Shown here: positions 50,566 to 60,415 of the stretch, piece by piece | Numbering within the stretch: the first letter of the stretch is position 1 | How the letters are laid out: each line of letters begins with the position of its first letter | Assembly: GCA_937995785.1 (NCBI GenBank) | Contig: CALKJQ010000035.1 | Coordinates: 133-64,132, forward strand | Source: Candidatus Kapaibacterium sp. | Lineage (GTDB): Bacteria; Bacteroidota; Ignavibacteria; Kapaibacteriales; UBA2268 | Reading direction: 5' to 3' | Length of the DNA: 64,000 bases | Translations under genes and position numbers: made by a program | The notes under the pieces: model-generated | The model's database searches: none | The model's input: the letters and a program-made list of their open reading frames with translations, nothing else | Told to the model about the DNA's origin: nothing

Positions 50566-50993
50566 TACGAATGAATTAGATGGGTGATAACTCCTACAAA
50601 ATCTAACGAATCGAAGAAATCATTATTAATTGGTATAAACTGACCCATTGGTGTTTCCATATATTCTGCACCATCAAAAATTCGATAGCGTCGGATGGCA
50701 AGAGTTTTATTCAACTGAACTAAAATTAATTTACCATCTTGTGGTTGGTTATAGGTATCAATTATCAACATATCGCCATCTTTAATACCCTCAAAGTTTT
50801 TCGCATCGCCCACTACTCGGGCAAAAAAAGTAGAATTTGGATGAGTAATTAAAAGGGTGTTTAAATCCACTTCTTCTTCGATGTCCTCGGATACAGGTGC
50901 GGGAATTCCCGCCGAAACACTCGATGAATAAAGCGGCAACCTAACGTCGCCATAATCGAAATTGGCAATAGAAAATAGTTCTATTCTTTGCAT
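50562..50993 (-). CDS. UmuD-like S24 protein with Ser to Ala and Lys to Arg at catalytic positions, Ala-Gly cleavage site retained
   Basis: RLPLYSSSVSAGIPAPV...VDLNTLLITHPNSTFFARVVGDAKNFEGIKDGDMLIID aligns closely with E. coli UmuD TFPLFSDLVQCGFPSPA...[38 protein letters not shown]. It has GDAK in place of GDSM, and LAIRRY in place of TVKKL. Confidence 0.7.
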   Translation of the reverse strand: MQRIELFSIANFDYGDVRLPLYSSSVSAGIPAPVSEDIEEEVDLNTLLITHPNSTFFARVVGDAKNFEGIKDGDMLIIDTYNQPQDGKLILVQLNKTLAIRRYRIFDGAEYMETPMGQFIPINNDFFDSLDFVGVITHLIHSY

Positions 50994-51009
50994 TTTAATC
51001 CCCCCAGAT

Positions 51010-51029
51010 TTGCAAATTTAAAACTGCAA
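51010..51029. promoter_or_regulatory. Candidate operator palindrome TTGCA-N10-TGCAA upstream of the S24 gene pair
   Basis: Perfect inverted repeat TTGCAAATTTAAAACTGCAA centred about 28 bp upstream of the first S24 start codon. Confidence 0.35.
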
Positions 51030-51071
51030 GTTATGAAAAATTTTGGTAATATCAAAAAAAATTTAATTATT

Positions 51072-51956
51072 TTAATTAAATCGATAAACATATCCTAAAT
51101 TAAATAGGATTTGAAATTTTGAATTGAGGTTATTGTCTCCATATCCAGCTCCAGCTTCCACAAAGAAACCATTCAAATTCATATCTATTAGTGCAGCAAT
51201 ATATTTATAATCTAATTCTAACTTATTCATTATTTTTATTTTCGAAATTCCAGGAGCAAACGAGAAATTAATTTCTAAATTATCTTTTTTTATTATATTT
51301 CTTAATATATTTAATTGAAATCCAATTTCGTCCAACAAAAGAAATAACATTCCGGATGATAATCTTACTCCCCATTTTTCATAATTATATCCAATTAATA
51401 GATTCAATGTGCCGGGAGTTCCAATTGTGGTACCTATAACTGGGTAATTGGTTTTACCAATACTTGTATCATTCGAATCTAATCCAATTTGTGGATTTTG
51501 AATGGGGAATCGATAATACGTTGATTTGCAATCGTCGCAAAAAGCCTTCTTTTGCGAGATAAGTAGTGATTTGGCTATAATATTTTTAAGAGGAATAATT
51601 GATACCCCACTGTTGGTGGACAATGTAATTGACGAGTCATTCTCCGTGAATGCTTTACCCACGAAAGTTCCATCTTTGGTGCGAAGCTCCAAATATAATT
51701 GTTCAATTTCGGATATCGACGATATTGGAATAATGGAAATAATACCATTGTCGAATCTAATATGAACGCTATCTTCCGTTTTCCAAGTAATAATGGCGTA
51801 TTTTATATCTGTTTTGTTAGTAAGTGAAATTCGAACATACCCATCAATTTCGTTTAGTTCATTTTTGATTTTAGAAATTCTCTCTGTTTCGATAGGATTA
51901 CTAAATATGGATAGTGCACTAAACAAAATAATATAAATCAAAATAGTTAGTTTCAT
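51072..51956 (-). CDS. Hypothetical secreted / outer-membrane protein
   Basis: Signal peptide MKLTILIYIILFSALSIFS; the ATG at 51956 is the likely start. C-terminal aromatic-rich strand (YVYRFN). No recognised domain. Confidence 0.4.
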   Translation of the reverse strand: MKLTILIYIILFSALSIFSNPIETERISKIKNELNEIDGYVRISLTNKTDIKYAIITWKTEDSVHIRFDNGIISIIPISSISEIEQLYLELRTKDGTFVGKAFTENDSSITLSTNSGVSIIPLKNIIAKSLLISQKKAFCDDCKSTYYRFPIQNPQIGLDSNDTSIGKTNYPVIGTTIGTPGTLNLLIGYNYEKWGVRLSSGMLFLLLDEIGFQLNILRNIIKKDNLEINFSFAPGISKIKIMNKLELDYKYIAALIDMNLNGFFVEAGAGYGDNNLNSKFQILFNLGYVYRFN

Positions 51957-52004
51957 AATTGTTACCCAAAAATACAAAAATAATATTTTCTTGGGCAAAA
52001 GATT

Positions 52005-54059
52005 TTATTTCCCAACAATAAGTTTTCGGGAGACTAACTTACCATTATCTAAATTAAAACTAACAAAATATACTCCATTACCTAAGTGAGATGTGTTTAT
52101 TTCGAGAATATTATCATCATTTTTCAAGTTCAAAGCTTTGTTGTAAATAATTCTACCATTTATGTCCGAAATTGAAATATTCATAATTATATCGGGCATA
52201 TTCAAATTAATATACGAGGCATTATTCGATGGATTTGGATAAAATTCACTAATGAAACAATCTGATTTGTCGTCATTAACCGACAAAATGGAATATGCAA
52301 ATGAATAATATCCATTGGGTGCAGTCATAGGTTTGGTTATAGTTTTACCATTATTAGATTTTGCTTCAATGTAATATTCAATTGTTGCATTTTGCATTTC
52401 GGGTTTAATATCTGCAGCAAATAAATCACCATTAGTATTTATCATATTCAATTCGTTCCATTCTGTGGAGTTTTTGTATCGCCAAAGCACTTTTGCATCT
52501 GCAATACCTGATTGGTTTTGAATTTTTGCTACTATTTGATATCCAGATTTATATCCAATAAATTCATCAATTGGCGTATGATAAATTCTGATAGGATTAT
52601 TGGCAGGTATTTGCTTGGTAATGCAGTGGATTGCTCCACCAAACCCGTCGAAAGCACGGACGTCGATAGGATATATCTTATAGCCGGGATATTTGGCCGA
52701 GAGCGAATCCAAATCTTTATTTAATTGAACTTTATCCCCCGATAATTCGTTGGCAAAAACGGGCTGTATGATAGCTCTATTAATTATTGTATGGTTGCTA
52801 TAGGAGCGAGTTAATTGTGCATAATCATTATTATTTTTGTACCAAGTGCCATCGTCCTTTTTGGGCAAGGGGATGTATGATGAATTATATTTTTTACCAT
52901 TACTACGCACAATAGAAAGCAATGTATCTATATTCTTTTTTGATATTGAATAATCTGTTAGCGATTTTAATTCTTCGGGAAACTTAGTGAACACAAATCT
53001 ATTTTCGTCCCACATATCAATATATAGATCGACGTGACCAGTGCCACCATCATAGCGTAGTGCCGGCACAACTTTCAAGAAATTTAAATTGAATAAATAT
53101 CTTAAACTATCATCAACCTGATTGGATTTCAAAGCTTTTTTAACGACTTCGTAAACCTCTCCGTCTTCACCAATAAAAATTTGCCCGTAGGTATCGGCAT
53201 TTGCATAATAAACCGCATTGGAAGTTATCATTTTACTCATACCATCAACCAAAACGTTGCCTCCCTCCAATTCAATTGAGCTTGTAAATATGGGGTAATC
53301 ATTTTCCATAGCGATGCGTAATGGTATTTCGTCGTCCAATGGTCTACCGCCGTAGTATTCTAAATCCAGAAAACCTATTTTATCGTCGCTTCCGTAATAA
53401 AATGCAATAGGACCACAATCACGATACCAAAACGAATTACCGGGGTTTACATAGAAACGATAATTTGTTAGCTCGTATCCGCTTCGTTTCAAATAGTTTT
53501 TCAAAATTATCGAATCCTTTCCTTCCCACACATTTATCCAAACTTGCGTTTCCAAGTTGATATAGTATGCCAATTGAGAAAATACCGGTGGATAAGGGCT
53601 AATGTCCAATGTATCTATGAATGAAGTTACGGGACCAAAATAGTACTCTTGTTTTTTTTCGTCGTAATACGTCCCAATACCTTCGAAAACTTGGTCTGTC
53701 ATCTGTCCATTTGTATCCAATGTAATATAGGGCCAAGTTATCAGAACTGCCTGAACTTCTTCGAATTCTGCAGGATAAATTACCTGTTTAGGAAATTCGG
53801 GGAGAAATTGCAATTGATTGTTATTTTTTATCTTCGATTTGATATCAGAACTATTAATTTTTTGGATATTCTGAAAATTCTTTCTCTCGGGAATTCTCCT
53901 GTGTATTTCTTGAATTTTTTTTGTAAAACTCTCGGTATCCATTGTTGATAAATGTTTGGCAAATTTATCAGAGTAATTTTGATTTATTTGGCTTTCCGAC
54001 AATAAATTGAAAGAAAAAACAAGCGAGAAAGCAACGAATGCTGTGAAAAATTTTAACAT
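52005..54059 (-). CDS. Secreted PAD_porph-family deiminase (peptidylarginine/agmatine deiminase-like) with Ig-like domain and T9SS C-terminal sorting domain
   Basis: Signal peptide. Guanidino-modifying-enzyme motifs FWYRDCGP (WxRDxGP), IELEGGNVLVDG, GTGHVDLY. Catalytic-Cys motif FGGAIHCITKQ near residue 480. C-terminal roughly 80 aa is a T9SS sorting domain (GNGVYFVSFNLDNGKLVSRKLIV). Confidence 0.7.
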   Translation of the reverse strand: MLKFFTAFVAFSLVFSFNLLSESQINQNYSDKFAKHLSTMDTESFTKKIQEIHRRIPERKNFQNIQKINSSDIKSKIKNNNQLQFLPEFPKQVIYPAEFEEVQAVLITWPYITLDTNGQMTDQVFEGIGTYYDEKKQEYYFGPVTSFIDTLDISPYPPVFSQLAYYINLETQVWINVWEGKDSIILKNYLKRSGYELTNYRFYVNPGNSFWYRDCGPIAFYYGSDDKIGFLDLEYYGGRPLDDEIPLRIAMENDYPIFTSSIELEGGNVLVDGMSKMITSNAVYYANADTYGQIFIGEDGEVYEVVKKALKSNQVDDSLRYLFNLNFLKVVPALRYDGGTGHVDLYIDMWDENRFVFTKFPEELKSLTDYSISKKNIDTLLSIVRSNGKKYNSSYIPLPKKDDGTWYKNNNDYAQLTRSYSNHTIINRAIIQPVFANELSGDKVQLNKDLDSLSAKYPGYKIYPIDVRAFDGFGGAIHCITKQIPANNPIRIYHTPIDEFIGYKSGYQIVAKIQNQSGIADAKVLWRYKNSTEWNELNMINTNGDLFAADIKPEMQNATIEYYIEAKSNNGKTITKPMTAPNGYYSFAYSILSVNDDKSDCFISEFYPNPSNNASYINLNMPDIIMNISISDINGRIIYNKALNLKNDDNILEINTSHLGNGVYFVSFNLDNGKLVSRKLIVGK

Positions 54060-54330
54060 AAATATTACTAACTTGATTTTTAAATGTTTCTTAGACGCTT
54101 AATTTTCGAAAAAAGTTACATTTAAGATTAACTTTTTATGAAATGATTGTACAATAAAGGAAACCCACATTTTAATATTCAACAAAAATTATTAAGATTA
54201 TATGAATAATAATTCAAAGAAATTCTTAATTTTGTTCTTTAAATATTGATTACACATTAAATTTTTTTAAAGCAAACTAAAAAGTTTAAACAGACAAACA
54301 AATAGTTTAAAAAAATATTTTGGAGTTTAA

Positions 54331-56538
54331 ATGTTAACTTACTTGATAATTATTCCAATTCTCGGATTAATTGCTCTGTTATTCACCTACCTAAGAAGCT
54401 CTTGGGTTTCGAGCCAAGATGCTGGCACCGACAAAATGAAAAACATTGCGTCATATATCAACAAAGGTGCTATGGCATTCTTGAAAGCAGAATACCAGGT
54501 GATTGCAATTTTTGTAGTAATTGTTGCGATTCTGCTTATGATACAAGGTTCGACCGCTACAGATTCCTCGTTTTTGGTTGGTATCTCGTTCCTTGTGGGT
54601 GCGTTATGTTCGGGTTTGGCTGGTTTTATAGGTATGCGTGTAGCAACCAAAGCAAACGTCCGTACCACTGCAGCAGCACGAACCAGTTTAAATCAGGCTC
54701 TGATGGTTGCTTTCAATGGTGGTTCGGTGATGGGTATGGGAGTTGTTGGACTGGGAGTATTTGGAATTGGTTTGCTTTTTTTAATCTATGCCTCAATGTT
54801 TGGATTAATTGATAATCCAACCGATGAGCATATTGTGAGCAAGGTAATTACAGTAATCACAGGATTCTCTTTTGGTGCTTCATCGATAGCATTGTTCGCA
54901 CGTGTGGGAGGTGGAATATATACCAAAGCAGCCGATGTTGGTGCCGACTTAGTTGGCAAAGTAGAAGCCGGCATACCCGAGGATCACCCTTTAAATCCCG
55001 CAACAATTGCCGATAACGTTGGCGATAATGTGGGCGATGTGGCTGGTATGGGCGCCGATTTATTTGAATCATTTGTTGGTTCCATCATATCCACAATGGT
55101 TTTGGGTGCGGCATTTCTTGCAATTCCCGAATTTGCCTCTACTCCATTTGGTGGTCTTTCGGCTATTATATTGCCATTATTGCTTGCGGGTGCGGGTATT
55201 ATTTTCTCCATAATTGGAACATTTTTTGTTCGCGTCAAAGAAGGTGGCAATCCACAATCAGCCTTAAATGTGGGTACTTTCATTGCCGCTTTGTTGATGT
55301 TAATTGCTTCGTATTTTATAATTGATTGGACGCTACCCAAGGAATGGATATTTGCCGATCCACTTTATTCAACAACCTTCACAATTCATTCATGGGGGAT
55401 ATTCCTTGCTACTGTATTTGGTCTGTTGGCAGGTGTGCTAATTGGTTTAATTACTGAATTCTACACAGGTTTTGGCAAACCACCAGTCCGCAAAATTGCA
55501 GAACAATCAGTAACGGGTGCGGCAACCAATATTATCGCTGGTTTAAGCACGGGAATGATGTCCACAGCAATCCCAATCATTTTGATTGCATTTTCGATAA
55601 TTGGAGCATTTTATTTTGCTGGCTTGTATGGTATTGCTATTGCAGCAGTAGGTATGTTGGCAACAACAGGTATTCAATTAGCTGTGGATGCCTATGGTCC
55701 TATTTCCGATAATGCAGGTGGAATAGCCGAAATGAGTGAATTGCCCAAAGAAGTCCGCGAAAGAACAGATAAATTGGATGCAGTTGGCAATTCCACAGCC
55801 GCAATTGGCAAGGGTTTTGCAATAGCCTCGGCTGCATTAACTGCATTAGCATTATTTGGTGCTTATATGACTGCCGCACATGTTCCATCCATTGATATAT
55901 CCAAAGCAAATGTAATTGCGGGATTGTTTATCGGTGCTTTATTGCCGTTTGTATTTTCATCTCTATCGATGAGTGCAGTTGGTCGTGCTGCAAAAAGTAT
56001 GATTGAAGAAGTTCGCCGACAATTTAATACTATTCCCGAGCTTAGAAATTCATTGAACTTAATGAAGAAAAACGAAGGCAAAGACCTACATCAATGGAGC
56101 AAAGAGGACATCGAGGAATTCCACAAAGCCGAAGGCAAAGCTGAATACGAAAAATGCGTGGATATTTCCACCAAATCAGCAATCCGCGAGATGGTTATCC
56201 CCGGATTACTTGCCGTTATCACCCCCGTTATTATTGGTTTCTTGCCTATATTTGGTAAGGAAGCATTGGGAGGTATGTTGGCGGGAGTAACCGCTTCGGG
56301 TGTGTTGATGGCAATTTTCCAAGCAAATGCCGGTGGTGCTTGGGATAATGCAAAGAAAATGATCGAAGCTGGAATAACAATCGATGGACAAACATATTAC
56401 AAAAAGTCCGATCCACACAAAGCAGCCGTTGTTGGCGACACAGTGGGCGACCCATTCAAAGATACATCGGGTCCATCTATTAATATTCTAATTAAATTAA
56501 TGTCGATTGTTTCTTTAATACTAGCTCCATTATTATAA
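54331..56538 (+). CDS. hppA: Membrane-bound proton-translocating pyrophosphatase (K+-insensitive type)
   Basis: 735 aa, about 16 TM helices. Motifs [46 protein letters not shown]. Confidence 0.9.
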   Translation: MLTYLIIIPILGLIALLFTYLRSSWVSSQDAGTDKMKNIASYINKGAMAFLKAEYQVIAIFVVIVAILLMIQGSTATDSSFLVGISFLVGALCSGLAGFIGMRVATKANVRTTAAARTSLNQALMVAFNGGSVMGMGVVGLGVFGIGLLFLIYASMFGLIDNPTDEHIVSKVITVITGFSFGASSIALFARVGGGIYTKAADVGADLVGKVEAGIPEDHPLNPATIADNVGDNVGDVAGMGADLFESFVGSIISTMVLGAAFLAIPEFASTPFGGLSAIILPLLLAGAGIIFSIIGTFFVRVKEGGNPQSALNVGTFIAALLMLIASYFIIDWTLPKEWIFADPLYSTTFTIHSWGIFLATVFGLLAGVLIGLITEFYTGFGKPPVRKIAEQSVTGAATNIIAGLSTGMMSTAIPIILIAFSIIGAFYFAGLYGIAIAAVGMLATTGIQLAVDAYGPISDNAGGIAEMSELPKEVRERTDKLDAVGNSTAAIGKGFAIASAALTALALFGAYMTAAHVPSIDISKANVIAGLFIGALLPFVFSSLSMSAVGRAAKSMIEEVRRQFNTIPELRNSLNLMKKNEGKDLHQWSKEDIEEFHKAEGKAEYEKCVDISTKSAIREMVIPGLLAVITPVIIGFLPIFGKEALGGMLAGVTASGVLMAIFQANAGGAWDNAKKMIEAGITIDGQTYYKKSDPHKAAVVGDTVGDPFKDTSGPSINILIKLMSIVSLILAPLL

Positions 56539-56570
56539 TATATTATTGTAGAATATTAAAATTTAAACAC

Positions 56571-56608
56571 AAAAATAGCCTCTATCAAAAAGAGGCTATT
56601 TTATTTTG
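56571..56608. terminator. Bidirectional rho-independent terminator
   Basis: AATAGCCTCT-ATCAAAA-AGAGGCTATT followed by a T-rich tract. Between convergent hppA and ftsZ. Confidence 0.75.
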
Positions 56609-56650
56609 ATACAAATTTTGCGTTTGGAATAAGAGTTTTTATTTAATTAG

Positions 56651-58015
56651 TTAAATCAAACTTCGGTGTGGTTGCAAATGACTTAATTGAAATATGTCAA
56701 CCCCTTTAACTTTATTATCCAACGAAACTTCGTTTTGGTCATCGTAATACGATGATGTCGCTTTAGGGGTTGCAGTTAAGGAATTTCGGATAGGAGTATC
56801 GGGAAAATTAGCAATTCGAGTTACCGTAGGTGTGTCATACATTTTTAATTCTTCACCTTTAGGAATAGTTAAAGGTTTCTCCATTTCAATTCTTAATCCT
56901 TCGGGTTGCTTTGGAAAAGGACGGGTTTGCACTTGAGGGCGCGAATTAAAGTTTATTCCCGCCTGACCCGCTCTAAGAGGTTTTTCGTTAGCAAATATAT
57001 GCTCGATTTCGGGAGTAGTAACCCTATTATCTTTGGATTTTCTCAAAAAGCCCGTAGCAATAACGGTAACACTAACCTCGTCGGTTTCGTCTTGTGCCTC
57101 GACAATACCCTGTATAAGGTGAACGTTAAATCCCGTATACTCTTGGATAGTGTTCGAAATAGTTTGCATTTCACTCATCGTAAATCCTTTGCCATAGGTG
57201 ATATTTACAAGCAAACCTTTTGCTCCTTCAATTGATATACCATCGAGCAATGGTGAATTTATAGCTTGCAAAGCCGCCTCTTTGGCTCGGGCTTCTCCGG
57301 TTGCACGTCCAATACCAATTAAGGCTTCGCCCGCATCTTTCATTATTGTTCTAACGTCTGCAAAGTCCACATTAATCATACCGGGCAAGTTAATAATATC
57401 CGAAATCCCTCGTGTAGAATTAAAGAGAACTTCATCAATTTTTTTGAAAGCAACTTTTATATCTATATCTTGCGAATAAATATCAAAAATCTTTTGATTT
57501 GGAATAACGATAATAGCGTCGACATTTTTTCTCATTTCTTCGATACCTTTCAAAGCTTGATCGATACGAGTATGGGCTTCGAAATCGAATGGACGAGTAA
57601 CAATACCCAATACCAATGCACCTACTTCTTTTGCAATCCGAGCTACAACCGGAGCTGCACCGGTGCCGGTGCCACCTCCCATACCGCAAGTAACTATGAT
57701 AAGTTCGCTATCTTTTAGTGCATTTTTGATTTCTTGTTCGCTTTCTTTGGCAGCATCTTTGCCAACATCGGGATTGCTGCCAGCGCCCAATCCACGAGTT
57801 AAACTTGGTCCTAATTGAATAATATTCTGGACAGACATTGTTGCCAATGCTTGTGCGTCGGTGTTGGCTGCAATAAGTTCGACGCCTTGTATCTTGCCTT
57901 CAGCCATTCGTTGGATAGCGTTGCATCCGCCACCGCCAACCCCAATGACTTTTATCTTTGCTTTGAGTAGTTGTGATTGATCCAAATCAATTGTTAATTT
58001 GTCATTAATAGACAT
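56651..58015 (-). CDS. ftsZ: Cell division protein FtsZ
   Basis: Tubulin signature GGGTGTG; NTDAQAL. Long C-terminal linker. Confidence 0.9.
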   Translation of the reverse strand: MSINDKLTIDLDQSQLLKAKIKVIGVGGGGCNAIQRMAEGKIQGVELIAANTDAQALATMSVQNIIQLGPSLTRGLGAGSNPDVGKDAAKESEQEIKNALKDSELIIVTCGMGGGTGTGAAPVVARIAKEVGALVLGIVTRPFDFEAHTRIDQALKGIEEMRKNVDAIIVIPNQKIFDIYSQDIDIKVAFKKIDEVLFNSTRGISDIINLPGMINVDFADVRTIMKDAGEALIGIGRATGEARAKEAALQAINSPLLDGISIEGAKGLLVNITYGKGFTMSEMQTISNTIQEYTGFNVHLIQGIVEAQDETDEVSVTVIATGFLRKSKDNRVTTPEIEHIFANEKPLRAGQAGINFNSRPQVQTRPFPKQPEGLRIEMEKPLTIPKGEELKMYDTPTVTRIANFPDTPIRNSLTATPKATSSYYDDQNEVSLDNKVKGVDIFQLSHLQPHRSLI

Positions 58016-58050
58016 ATTTATCCCCCATTTTTTTTCTTTTCTTTTACTTT

Positions 58051-59502
58051 TCAGAATTTATCAAAAATATTCTTGATAAACTCGGTAATTTTTGTTTTTT
58101 TAGAGTCCAAATCGATTACTTCGTTATCGTCCTCTATTGATTCTTCATTTTTCTTTTCTTCTTCTTTATTGGTATTTTTAGTTTTACTATGCTTGTCTTC
58201 TTTATCTATTTTTTCCGTTTTAAATTCTTTTTCAATTTCTTTCTCTAATTGTTCAAATTTTGGTTTTGGTGGTTCAATTTCTGTTAGTGCTGCTTTGTGA
58301 TATTTGTTAAAACCAAAAAATGCCAAGCCCACTGCGGTTGAAAATATCGGATTTATTACTTCGGGAGTTAATCCTAATGAGGAAACCGTGGTTGGCAATC
58401 CTAACCTAACGGGCAACCCAAAAATATGCTGTGCTAAATCTTCAATTCCGGGCAATAAACTTGTGCCACCAGTAAGAACGATACCAGATTTTAATAAATT
58501 TTTGTAGCCGGATTGTTCTAATGCAAGATTGGCAAAAAGCAAAATTTCGGTAACACGAGCCCCCAATATTTTTGTTAAATACTTTCTATCAATAACAACG
58601 GGTGCATTTCCGCCGGGCACTTGCACCTGAAGCTCCTCGTTCTTGTGTAATGTTTCGAGGTAACAATGCCCGTAATCCTTCTTGAGTCTTTCGGCATTAT
58701 TTTTAACTACTCCAAGCACTCGCCGAATATCTTGCGTTAATTGATTCCCACCAAATGCGATTATTTCGGAAAATCTGAATGCATTCTCGTAAAAAACTGA
58801 TATTTCAGTTGTCCCCGCACCAATATCTATCAAAGCTACACCAACCTCTTTCTCGTCTTCTTCCAAAATAGCCAATGAACTTGCATAAGGAGCAAGAACA
58901 ATATCCGCAATTTCGAGTCCGGCACGTTCGACACACCTATTTATATTTTCGATAGCAGAAATTGGGGCAGTTACAACATGGATTTTGGCTTCCATTCTCA
59001 CCCCACTCATTCCTATTGGGTCGGCAACAGTGTTCATCCCATTTATAGTGAAATCTTGGGGAAATAAGTGGATAATGCGGCGATCGGGTTGTATTTGCAT
59101 TGTTCGTGCTTCGTTAATCAATCGATCCACATCTTCTTGTCGAATTTCTTTGTAAGCATTGGAGATACTAACCACATGGCTACTCATTTCCGATTTTATA
59201 TAATCGCCCGAAATTCCAACAATTACCTTGTTGGTTTTTAAATTGCTTTGTTGCATTGCTTTTTGCATAGCAACCGTGATTGCATTGGCTGTTTTATCAA
59301 TATTAGTGATAATGCCCCTTTGCAAACCTTCACTTTCTGCTACTCCCAATCCAACAACTTCAATTTTGGTACTTGTTGGTTCCATTGTCGAAATCAAGGC
59401 GCACACTTTTGAAGTTCCTATGTCGAGTGCTATGTTGAATTTTGGTCTATCTGAATTCAAAATTATCTCCTTATCTAATTCACTACTACTTGATTCGACC
59501 AA
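58051..59502 (-). CDS. ftsA: Cell division protein FtsA with long Glu/Lys-rich C-terminal tail
   Basis: Actin-fold motifs (LDIGTSKV, IDIGAGTTEISV). C-terminal amphipathic helix ITEFIKNIFDKF. Confidence 0.85.
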   Translation of the reverse strand: MVESSSSELDKEIILNSDRPKFNIALDIGTSKVCALISTMEPTSTKIEVVGLGVAESEGLQRGIITNIDKTANAITVAMQKAMQQSNLKTNKVIVGISGDYIKSEMSSHVVSISNAYKEIRQEDVDRLINEARTMQIQPDRRIIHLFPQDFTINGMNTVADPIGMSGVRMEAKIHVVTAPISAIENINRCVERAGLEIADIVLAPYASSLAILEEDEKEVGVALIDIGAGTTEISVFYENAFRFSEIIAFGGNQLTQDIRRVLGVVKNNAERLKKDYGHCYLETLHKNEELQVQVPGGNAPVVIDRKYLTKILGARVTEILLFANLALEQSGYKNLLKSGIVLTGGTSLLPGIEDLAQHIFGLPVRLGLPTTVSSLGLTPEVINPIFSTAVGLAFFGFNKYHKAALTEIEPPKPKFEQLEKEIEKEFKTEKIDKEDKHSKTKNTNKEEEKKNEESIEDDNEVIDLDSKKTKITEFIKNIFDKF

Positions 59503-60233
59503 CGAAGATCGATATAATTTGGATACAATTCATTTGCTTTCATTAATGCATTCATATAAACTTGAAACTTATGGAATTTGAAGTTTAAATCATTTAAACT
59601 CCCAACTTTGACGATTATCCCATTCAAAACAGAAAAACAAATTCCTTCGGAACTTTTCCAAATTGCCGTTGCTTTAATTTTTTCGGATTTATCAATGTAA
59701 TAAGTTTTCAGAAAAATTGCTATTTCTTTGATTTCGTGTTCGAAATTAATTTTAGAAATTTTAGTTAAATCAACTTTTGGAAGTGCGAAACCTAATGAGT
59801 AATTCTGTCTCGGTACAACCTCGCCATCTTCGGTTATATAGAATTGGTCGTTGTTTTCGGATTTTCCTATTGCTAATATGTTTTTCACATCCAGCGAAAT
59901 CACAATTTCGCCAGGATAAGTAGTGATAAAATTAACTTTGCGAATAAATTCGTTTTGTAGAATTAATTCTTCGATAAATTTAAAATTAATTGAAGATAAC
60001 TTGTTGGCTAAAATATAACGATAGACACGGTTTTGGATTTCGGTTTTAGGAATATACTTGTTACCAACAATTTTTATTTCCTTGATTTCGAGATTATTTT
60101 GCCAGTAATTTGTATAAACAATAATCCCCGAAAGTATGATTATACCTATAATTGTAAATAATAAAGTAGTGAACCTGCGATTATTACTACTTTTCGACGT
60201 AATTATATTCTCATCTATATTATTTTGCTGCAT
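59475..60233 (-). CDS. ftsQ: Cell division protein FtsQ-like (POTRA-containing, single N-terminal TM)
   Basis: N-terminal TM (LLFTIIGIIILSGIIVY) followed by a POTRA-like region. Directly upstream of ftsA with a 28-bp overlap. Confidence 0.6.
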   Translation of the reverse strand: MQQNNIDENIITSKSSNNRRFTTLLFTIIGIIILSGIIVYTNYWQNNLEIKEIKIVGNKYIPKTEIQNRVYRYILANKLSSINFKFIEELILQNEFIRKVNFITTYPGEIVISLDVKNILAIGKSENNDQFYITEDGEVVPRQNYSLGFALPKVDLTKISKINFEHEIKEIAIFLKTYYIDKSEKIKATAIWKSSEGICFSVLNGIIVKVGSLNDLNFKFHKFQVYMNALMKANELYPNYIDLRWSNQVVVN

Positions 60234-60415
60234 AAAATAAAATATTTTAGAATTAATCTAATTATAATCCCCCAAAAACTTTACTATTGCTATATTCTAC
60301 GGAAATTGTGTTATTAAGGATTTTTGCTATGTTTTATGTAATTTAACCCCCCGCTAAACTACAATTTAATACAAAGAAATCAATCTAGCAAATATTTTGA
60401 AAAATTATTCAAATA

